From contig CM060733.1 in assembly GCA_030704615.1 (NCBI GenBank), positions 4,588,001-4,652,000 of the forward strand: a stretch of DNA of 64,000 nucleotides, given 5' to 3'. Origin of the DNA: Takakia lepidozioides. Its lineage: Eukaryota; Plantae; Bryophyta. A model generated the notes under the pieces. That model made no database searches, was not told the origin of the DNA, and saw only the letters and a list, made by a program, of their open reading frames with translations. A program made the position numbers and the translations under genes. Of this stretch, positions 38,001 to 47,239 are shown piece by piece; within the stretch, counting starts at the first letter, position 1; each line of letters begins with the position of its first letter.

Positions 38001-40163
38001 GCTGGAAGAGAGTGGCTATTGCTAGGAAGGAAATTCAGTGCATTGAAACCTCACCTTCTCTTTCGCCTCCACACATGCCGTTGAGAGGTGATGCAGTTTC
38101 TCCAATTGCATGGTCGGCTGCATGGCCCGAGAATAGTGTTTTGCAATCTCGGGGATGAAGTCCTTTCAAGTGCCGGATCTGCAATTGCCACCAGCTTCAC
38201 AAGCTTTGACTTGTATTTGGTTCTGGACTTGACACCGGCTTCCTTCAAGTGCTCAGTCAATGACTGCAACGTTTTGACCTGCCCCTCACTTTCCATGAAG
38301 AAGCGTTTGGCATGGGCCAAATCCAGCTTGATGTTGACTGCCAACAAAAACATGCAGAAGCGTTACATTCGATTCATGTGGAAACATACTGGAAATTGGG
38401 GAAGGATGAGCAGAGGGAAATTGGAGCACGTACTTACTTCGTATATCACCTCCACCATTCCATCCATAGTGAGACGATACCATGTCCGGTCTGTTTTTGC
38501 AACGGCTTTCTGAATGAGCTCCGGCTCCAGCATTTCCGCAAACATCTGCGGATCAGTAAGACCAGTTTTCCTCACCCTGTACAGCATATGTGCCATGTGG
38601 GTATGCACGTACGCATTCTCAGTGACCCTGCAAGGCACACTCTCCAGTTCAGTACACGGAAGCACGGAATCCAAACCAGAATGGAACCGAAATGCGGCAC
38701 CGCATTTCGAATGTGCTAGGGAGGGTATGAGTATCTTACGAGTTGAGGTCCGCCATGGCATTCTTGAGGAGGGAGGAGTCTGCCGCCTTCACCTTGAGGA
38801 TGACACACTCCACCATGTAATGCCAGCCAATGTGCTTGGCATGGTTCTGCTGATGTACTCCCACCAGGCGAGAAGTCGGTGATTCCCGTCCCACACAAAG
38901 AACATTTTCCCGACATATGGCCGAAGTCGGGATCACCCTTCAGCGTCGCCTCGAATTCGTGGTTGCGAGTGTGCCAGTGGTATCCCACGTTGACAATTCA
39001 TCGGCAGTGGGTCCACGGGTTTCGCCGTCCTCATTCTCTATGGAAACGTAAAAACGCTGCCGATCCCAGACGGTACCCTTCTCGAAATGCGAACTTGAGC
39101 TTATCCACATCTCCGGGAAGGGCCTGCCTGACGATGGGAAGGGAGACCATGCGACAGAGTGGGATTCGAAGAGTCCGCTGGAATACCCTGTGCCCAGAAC
39201 TCTGCCAATGCTACTGTGTGTCTCCTCCAACATTTTATCCGCTGCACTTTTGAAATCCTCCGGAGACATGTCTGTAGGTGCCGGTAGTGGCTGAGCAGGT
39301 GGAGCATCCTCAACTGGAGCTGCACTTGGGGCCTGTGTGCGGGCAATTCTGCCACTGCAGAGGCCTCCTCCGGGCCTGCTAGCTCATCGGTGGTGAGGTC
39401 TGCCTGCGAACGTTCAGCGGGCAGCACCCTCCTCGGTACCAAATCGAGATCAACGGTCGATCCCCATTGCCTTCGCTGCAGCAGAGTCGGCCCCAACATC
39501 TGCAGGCGGGAAATCCTCCAGGAAATGAGCTTCAGCTCGTGGAAGCGGTTTTGCGGGAGATGTTCCGTCGCCCTGATTGCCTTCTGCTTCCTCATCCTTG
39601 CAGGTGAAGGTGTCTGCTGCAATAGAATCTGTCTTCTACCCTGCTGCTTCAATCGCGTGGGGGGGGGTGAATCGGCCTGAGCCGGTTCAGAAGCCAGTAG
39701 AGGGACGGGCTGCTTCTTCTTCGACTTTGCTGGAGAAGGGCCCGACCCCTGCTGGCGATTCTCCATGATCGAGAACGCGAGTCGATCTCTGAGACTTTGA
39801 ACTTGCCCTTCGAAGACGCGTCTTTGAATCGCAGAGGGCTAGGCCGGCAGGAGTACCCGCGCTCGGGGATCGGGTGGGTGTACGTGCTGCAGCTAGCTCC
39901 TCGGACTCTTCCTGCGGCTCTTCGGATTCCTGCGATCCCTCCAGCACGTCCACCTTTCCTGTTAGGCATGCAAACATGTTCTGTATTAGTCTCCTAGCCT
40001 TCAGTCTAAGAATTACAGAAGCAAAAGGGGGGTTCGGGTGCTCGATCAGCTGCGCGCAGCCCGATCGCATGGAGCTCTCATGGTGGCTGGGTTGCCTGAG
40101 TGGCTGCTGCTCGGAGATGGCAATCTCCTCCTGTAGACGCATATGCTTCCTCCCCTTCGGCAT
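35055..40163 (-). CDS. Multi-exon gene: low-complexity N-terminus, ParB/Srx-like domain, helical region, beta-class N4C/N6A methyltransferase-like domain, acidic tail (several 1-nt frameshifts)
   Basis: IPLCRMVSLPIVRQAL..GYR..FYVS..KMFFVWDGNHRLLAW (38876-38893); DMIILDIPDG (~36540); RMVLDDRGCVVV; RSPAFIQTIMETCTDVEGTVLDLICGTG|ASMWAGRFSDRHLFAYEED. In-phase GT-AG introns at 38739-38628, ~37554-37409, 35926-35825 and 35628-35524, with others at ~38437, ~38054, ~37850 and ~36250. Start codon tentative. Confidence 0.75.
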
Positions 40164-40545
40164 TGGCCTCCGTCCGAAGTATATTTCCGGAGCTTGCAAC
40201 GAGGTCTCCTTTGTTGGGCACGAAAATCCCCCCCTCTCAGGTTCGAGCATAAGAAGAACAGGAGAGAGGAAAAGGGGCAAAGAGTGCAGATGGAAAGGGC
40301 GCGAGAGGGGGTGACTGAGGAGACACGACAAAAGTAGTGATAAACGGCGTGTGATGCACCAATGGTTCGAAAGGTTGGCGAAAGTGTCTCCTCGTGAGTT
40401 TGCGTCATTACGAAATTCTGAATCGTTGAGGGGACGCCCGCTCGTCGAAAATCAAAACATCATTATCCAACGGTCAGGCCGCGCCGCCTCATGCCCCTTC
40501 AGTCAGATAGAGTGCCGACATGTTAAGCAATTCCGTTGCTCCGTG

Positions 40546-41158
40546 TTCACATTTCAAGGCATTTCCGTCCCAGCGTCTGATGAGTGGAGCGAGAGAATGC
40601 GAATGCGGCGCCGCATTCCGTTAAGTACGATCACTCATGCTACACTCATGTACTGTTGGAAGAAAATGCGGCACCGCATTTCCGTTCCACCTTCACATAC
40701 CTTAGTTGTGAACGGAATACGGTGCCGCATTTCCGTCCCACAGCTCCAGTATGAGATTCAGAAGGGAAATGCGGCGCCGCATTTCCGTTCTCACTTCACA
40801 TACGTAGTTGAGAATGGGAAATGCCGTGCCACATTTTCCGTTTTCCGTCGGGAAAGTAGAGAGGTCACCTGGACAGAAATGCGGGTTGCATTTCCGGTCT
40901 GGAAAGGTTGAAGGTCTAACATGGATGGAAATGCGGCAACACATTTCCGTTCACAGCTCCAGGACGAATATACAAAAGAAATGCGGCGCCGATTCCGTTC
41001 GGGAACCGTCGGAAGGCTGCGATCCCGAACCAGGAAAATGCGGTGCCGCATTTCTGTACCCGTGCGCACGATTTTCAGTAAGAATGGAAATGCGGGACCG
41101 CATTTACGTTTGTAGAGTATTAACGTCTGACGCTGGCGGAAATGCCTTCCCGCTTTCG
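40546..41158. repeat. Upstream array of the same 20-bp palindrome, 11 copies plus a half-site, ~52-bp period
   Basis: Copy starts at 40600, 40663, 40714, 40766, 40818, 40876, 40928, 40978, 41035, 41087 and 41139; the array runs into the gap. Confidence 0.92.
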
Positions 41159-41161
41159 TTC

Positions 41162-41661
41162 NNNNNNNNNNNNNNNNNNNNNNNNNNNNNNNNNNNNNNN
41201 NNNNNNNNNNNNNNNNNNNNNNNNNNNNNNNNNNNNNNNNNNNNNNNNNNNNNNNNNNNNNNNNNNNNNNNNNNNNNNNNNNNNNNNNNNNNNNNNNNNN
41301 NNNNNNNNNNNNNNNNNNNNNNNNNNNNNNNNNNNNNNNNNNNNNNNNNNNNNNNNNNNNNNNNNNNNNNNNNNNNNNNNNNNNNNNNNNNNNNNNNNNN
41401 NNNNNNNNNNNNNNNNNNNNNNNNNNNNNNNNNNNNNNNNNNNNNNNNNNNNNNNNNNNNNNNNNNNNNNNNNNNNNNNNNNNNNNNNNNNNNNNNNNNN
41501 NNNNNNNNNNNNNNNNNNNNNNNNNNNNNNNNNNNNNNNNNNNNNNNNNNNNNNNNNNNNNNNNNNNNNNNNNNNNNNNNNNNNNNNNNNNNNNNNNNNN
41601 NNNNNNNNNNNNNNNNNNNNNNNNNNNNNNNNNNNNNNNNNNNNNNNNNNNNNNNNNNNNN
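41162..41661. other. Assembly gap (500 N)
   Basis: Run of N; true size unknown. Confidence 1.
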
Positions 41662-44600
41662 ACTCCTGCCATGCTTTGTACACACACTCTCCTGCTATTC
41701 GATGCAAATTGCCAACTATAGTACCCCACATTGGATATGAACAGGCACAATGAGGAAGCAATCATCTGTATGCCAATTTTTGTCCTCATCAGGTGGTGGC
41801 CGATCATCTACATACTCTTGCCCTCCAAGAGCTGACACACCCCAAGCCACCACCCCTGAGAATGCAGCCAATGTGTGCATCATGTTTCTTATGATCCATC
41901 GCTACATTCCAATAAACCGCATTGGAGCAGTGCATGTCGGCCATTTTCTGATTGCCAACTCTGGCTTGTATGATGCCATTTCTTCTTCCCAAAGTCAAGT
42001 AAATCCCCTGGGGTCAACACAGCCCCACCAACAAGCACTCATAGAAATCGCTCCATAACAATGGCTTTAGCTCTCATGACTGAACATCCGTAGGATGATC
42101 CGGCTGCAATTGAATGAAGAGCTCATGGCGTGTAACCCTCGCGCCTTCTTGAACCACCAAAGATGTTTGAATTTGGAAGGGCAAGGCTCAAAGTCGCCTC
42201 GTAAGGCCAAAGCCTGCAATTGTTGCTCTCCCCAACATCAATGGCTAGGCTCCCGAGTCCAACAAGACCCGCATGGCCTATATCTCCTCCGGCTGGGCCC
42301 CCCCTGAAATACAATACCCCATCCTGATTTGTCCCCAGGACTACCCCAGGAGTCACCATACTATACCTCAATGGCTGGTCTAGCTGGCAATTCCTGCAAC
42401 CTTGCAGCTGCCCGCTTGCCATGGCGCAGCTGTGGCTGTCTTCAATCCTTGAATCCAGGTCATCATTGCACTGCATCTTATCCGCTATCCCCGCAGATAG
42501 TGCCGATGCATCACCCCTCTCACAGAGTGCAGCTGCTAGTCTAAACAACTGCAGCCGGCCGCATCCCCCGACATTCCAATTGTCGTTACGAAAATAATGG
42601 AGCTTGGCAAATTGCCATAGCCGCCCCCCACAATGTACTGGCTGCACCTTGCTTTGCAGCACCACCCACTGGCATTTCCCAAGCTACATCAATTCTCCTA
42701 AATGGCACTCGTGGCTCTACTTCTGACACACTTGGGCGAGCGGGTGCCATCGATGGCATAGTGGCACTGTCTCAGCCAATGTGAACGAACGTGGAAGCCT
42801 TGTCTCCGACTTGCTTCCCCTCTTTGTGGATCAAAATCCACATCTGCTCCTCTTGGCTCAGGAGCACGCTTTGCTGCTCGAGTGACAGCACTGCAGAGTC
42901 CAAACATGCAATAGTCCGGCAATGCGGTTCCATACATGAAGCCCATACCAATTGGTCATCTCTAGGCATATGATTGTGCAGGTGGGGCTTGAACCTCAGG
43001 CCTTGGAGCTGGCACAACATGAGTAGTGGCCATGGTAGCAAGACGTTGCTCTAGCTGGGCAATCCTATCCACCATGCCTTGGTCATGACCTCGACCTTGA
43101 CCCTATGCTCCTTGGTTTTGTTACGTACCCCTCCACCAGACCTCTGCTTCCCCTCTACCTCTCTGGACTACATTGTCTCGTCCTCGGGCCACCATTGTTC
43201 ACTGGAACAGGTCTGGCCGTAACTCAGGTTGCAAGTCATATAATGGGCCTCTTCATGCCATACTTGCCACAATGCCCACATTTGTGGTTGTGTTAGGCTG
43301 TGCCTGTGCCGGCCCTTGCCTCTCTCCGGGAAATCTCTCTTAACACGGGGTCCTCCACAATCCCAATATGTCACTCCCGACTATTGTTGGCCTGAGAATG
43401 AAGGAAATGACCTCTGCAATTGAGATCCTCTCTGTCCTTGGGTTTCGCCTGAGCCCCCTTGTTGCCTTGAGCGCGTTGGGGTAGCGGTTGTTGTTGGCTA
43501 GGAGCCCCACTTCGTTGTGTCTCCTTACCAAACCCCACCATGACCACTTGCTCCTCCACCATATTGAGCTCTATCCGCTCTGCCAGCAAAAACACGTTTG
43601 TTAAGGTGGGTTGGGCTACTTGTAGGAGAGGTTGCATCCCGCACACCTTCTCCTCAGCCCTTGTCCAATATCCCATACCAAATTGGACTGCTAGCTTAGC
43701 TTCCGTTAACCCCTTGGTTATATTTATCAATCGCCTCATGCGCGTGTAAGCCTCCCTTAAACTCTCGGTAGGCTTTCGTTGGAGCTCTTGCAAGCTCCGC
43801 AATTTCTCCGTCCTTATCCCCTGGTAGTTTCTCCTTAACTCCTCAAAGAACTCCACAACTGGGTTAAAGGCAGGCACGAGTGTTGGTGCTGTAGCAGGAG
43901 CTTGGGTGGACTTCCCAGCTCCTGTTCCACTTGACATCCCACTGCTACTTGCAGAAGCTGCCGGTGTAGCTGCCGGTGTCACCATTGCCCTTGTGCCTCT
44001 AGTGATGGAGACATAGTCAGGTGACCAATACACCTACCATTCCTCAATCTCCACCTCATGTCCCCGCCTAAACTCATGGTAGTCATCCATGGGCGGCCCC
44101 TCAAGGTGCTGAAACAGCCCCTTCTACGCCATAAAAGACATAAACAGTTGTGGATTGCGCATCTGCTGCAAATCACACCAACTATCAAACTCCTGTATGA
44201 AATCATCAAGCTCGATGGTGCCCACAGCTCTAGAGTCCCGACGTGGCCCTTTCGTAGCTCCATACATTTCCTCCATCGTATCCCACAACAATGGCACGGA
44301 AATGGCTTGCACCCTTGGCGAGAATCCTCCTAACTCTGAGTCTGAACCTTCCTCAGAAGACACTGAAGGTGAAGGTGGCCTAAACCACACACCTCGTTTT
44401 GTATACCCACTAGTATCACTGGTGCTCGTACCGGCACTCCCCTCAGCAACTGGTGGCACCTCCGTGATGAAAACTCACAACCACGCCGGTTGTAAACCTG
44501 TCTCTAATCCCCCTTTCCACAAGGTAACCGGGTAGAGGATCTATTGCGGTTTACGGTTTAGAATACTAGGTTTTTAACGTAAACCTGCACCTGCACCTGC

Positions 44601-44788
44601 ATCCACCGCAAGCACTCATATGGTCTGCTGGTCATCAACCCAGCCTCACCATAAGAGAAACAATGATAGTCTAACTGGTTATCATCCCAGCCTCACCACC
44701 GACAGCACGCTCGAGGATTGACCGGTGATCAAATCCGGACCAACCTCCTATGAAAACAAGCGCCCATACAAAGCTAACATGGCGCACA
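41662..44788 (-). mobile_element. Second, partial copy of the methyltransferase-Gypsy family (5' leader, gag, protease), ending at the gap just before the MTase domain
   Basis: Reverse complement matches 24784-~27930 (leader TGTGCGCCATGT.., MPP..EGS.GTSTS..IELDDFIQEFDSWCDLQQMRNPQLF, RVLLDSG). Indel density rises toward the gap. Confidence 0.9.
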
Positions 44789-44790
44789 GT

Positions 44791-45560
44791 TTGACATGTG
44801 AAGTTCCAGCATCCGGGTGTTATCTCATATTTTGCTGTGAATGCACGTGAGGTAGAGGGTTACACTCGCTGGTGGAATGGGGGGACAATACGCGACATGA
44901 TAAACCTTGACAGAAAATGGGGCAACGATTCGGACAACAAGGTGATTTTGGAACAAATGGGAACGGAAGCAGAGTTCCAGGAATGCGATCGCTTGCTTCG
45001 TTTCCGGAAAGTGCGCAGTAAACTTGCATGGGCACTGGTGTGCATCATGGATGCTGTCCACAAGAACGGTGTCCTACACAATGACTTGTCCCCCGACAAC
45101 ATCTTGTTGCATTTTCCAGATGGCACCGAGGAGATCAAGATTGGGGTGTGTGATTGGGGCTTAGCCACCCCATTGGGCATACTCAAAGTCTCGCCATACC
45201 AGTTTGAAAACCAAGACAAGCTAGACCGGGAACTCGCAAAAAAATGGTGGGTGAAAAAAGATATTGCATCGGTTTTCAATGCGAATGCCCCCCCCCCCTT
45301 GGACATGACGTCGGAGGCCTTTGCCGTTAGAAAGACAGCGGTACGAATAAATGGCGGCGCTCATTATGATGAAAGTATGTTCGAGGACCAATTTACGGGA
45401 GGTTGTTGGCATTCAATGCTACAAAGGTTGTACTTGACAACAACAAGAATGAGAGAGTCACATTAGCCCATGTAGTAATTCGGTTCATGGGCAAGCCATT
45501 CAATTGGCTTGAGCCGAAAGATGTATATAGGACGGAGTAGACCATAGTCTCGTAGATATG
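44791..45560 (+). pseudogene. Protein kinase-like fragment, N-lobe removed at the retroelement junction
   Basis: HPGVI..RWWNGGT..VHKNGVLHNDLSPDNILLHF..IGVCDWGLA: catalytic loop plus a DWG variant of DFG. The C-terminus is frameshifted. Confidence 0.8.
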
Positions 45561-45623
45561 AGATTTGTGGCGGTACAATGGTTCTTTTATGAAGACATAA
45601 CTCAATTTTGATCGTGCATGTAA

Positions 45624-46173
45624 TAAATAAAGTCCCATTGTAAATACTACATTGCATATGCTCGACCCTGACATCTGTCATCGCAACATAGATGGTTTGT
45701 GTACTGGTTCACTGTTTATATTTGTAATGTTTCAAGGTTTCAGATAGGGTTATGAGAAAACGATGTATTAGTTCCGTAGGAGTTAGACAACAAACGTCTC
45801 ACATCTCATTCAAATGTGCGACACTACCATGAGAGGCATGGATCGGAAAGTAATAGGTGCACATGCGACCTCCAAAGTCCGAACGTTTGATACTAGGTCC
45901 AGCGAATGGTCTACTTGAACGTCCGGAGGTTGCATGTACACCTATTACTTTTTGATCCATGTCACTCACGGTAGTGTCGACATTTCTATGAGATATGGAA
46001 CGTTTGTTGTCTAACTCCTACGGAACCAATATATCATTTTCTCAATACCCTGTCAGAAACATTGAAACATTCGAAGTTACAAACAATGCCACAATACACG
46101 GCCGGTTTTGTTGAAATGACATCTGTGAGGTTCGAGCATATGCAATTTATTATTTACAACGGAACTTTATTTA
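45624..46173. repeat. Long imperfect inverted repeat (foldback), arms ~250 bp
   Basis: For example TTCCGTAGGAGTTAGACAACAAACGT (45772) vs ACGTTTGTTGTCTAACTCCTACGGAA (46000), and TTGCATATGCTCGA vs TCGAGCATATGCAA. Loop ~45875-45925. Confidence 0.88.
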
Positions 46174-47239
46174 CTCGGGGGACCGGTACTGCTGTTGGAG
46201 TGCAACTGATGGTACAAGTTCTCTATTGATTAGAGCTGTCACAACCAATGTCAACAATCATATTTACGGTAAGGTGTTTCATGCTATTGTTGTTCCTCTA
46301 GCTGAATTATGTAGTACTTTTTTTGCTATTCCCATGCCAACGTCCTCTGAGACTGTCATGTTCAAATGAACGTATCAGCCACCCCAGCCAGCTTGCAGGC
46401 TGCAGCCACGGCCCACCATAAATTGAATGAATTGGAGATTTTGTGCGAAGTTCCTGGTTTCATGTCCGTGGTGGCTGATATGGAATTCGGAATATGGCAG
46501 TCGCAGTGGACTTGATGTTGTTGGCATGGAGTAGCAAAACGAAACATAAACATCGGCAGTATGAAACACCTTGTAGTACATATGATTCTTGATATTGTTT
46601 GCATGGATTATTTGTGTTTGTGCTTTCAAGTGGCGAATATTTCCGCCATGGTGCGGAAGAGGTGCATTGGCCACATTAAACGGTTGATGTGATACCATTT
46701 CACAAATGTATCACATCGCATTTGTGAAAATGTATCACATGAACCGTTCCATGTGGCCTACGGGAGTCTTCGATGGGTACGAGATCAATGTGGCCTACGA
46801 GGTGAACTTCCACCAACAAACATGTGATCATTTCAAAAGCGACGATGGGCAAGGTTCTTCATCTAGATGTTCAACATGCTGAGGTCTTCTGTAATGTCTC
46901 TTGCTTCGTAATGAGGTGCTTCTCTAACTCTTATTTTTCCAATGTTGATATCTTCCATCTGGAACATATCCACACATGCGTATATAAAGACTTAAAAAAC
47001 CAAATGACCATCAAAACTGGAAGCTAGGGATGAGGCCGAACACAAATATGAGCAAGTGACGGTGCCTTTGGCCGACATTTTGGCTGGTATGCACATGGGC
47101 AACATCTTTTATTTTCCAACACATACACAACATCAATACAAATACTCATAGTGACAATGATCACACTGATATTACTTCACTACAGAAATGTAAACATGTC
47201 CACTAAAATGTGCTGATGCATGCCTACAGCTGTTTTGCT

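Larger units (their letters stand above)
32462..41161 (-). mobile_element. Unclassified GC/CpG-rich element carrying a ParB-like/amino-methyltransferase-like gene, a cargo ORF and palindrome arrays; right end lost in gap
   Basis: Abrupt switch to CpG-rich sequence 50 bp after the Gypsy pol stop. The same palindrome family runs from 33741 to 41158. No transposase is visible in the sequenced part, so mobility is inferred from context. Confidence 0.55.

Noticed and set aside
35055-40163. Bacterial or phage contamination as the source of the ParB-MTase gene
   Set aside because: Multiple in-phase spliceosomal introns and low-complexity eukaryote-style tails; contiguous with plant TE sequence on the left.
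40546-41158. CRISPR array (palindromic repeat plus ~32-bp spacers)
   Set aside because: Repeats are degenerate, several spacers are related to each other (CCGTT..CTTCACATAC..TAGTTG twice; CACAGCTCCAG twice), spacing in the sister array is variable, there are no cas genes, and the context is eukaryotic.
40791-41807. ORFs spanning the N run
   Set aside because: Artefacts of translating through the assembly gap.
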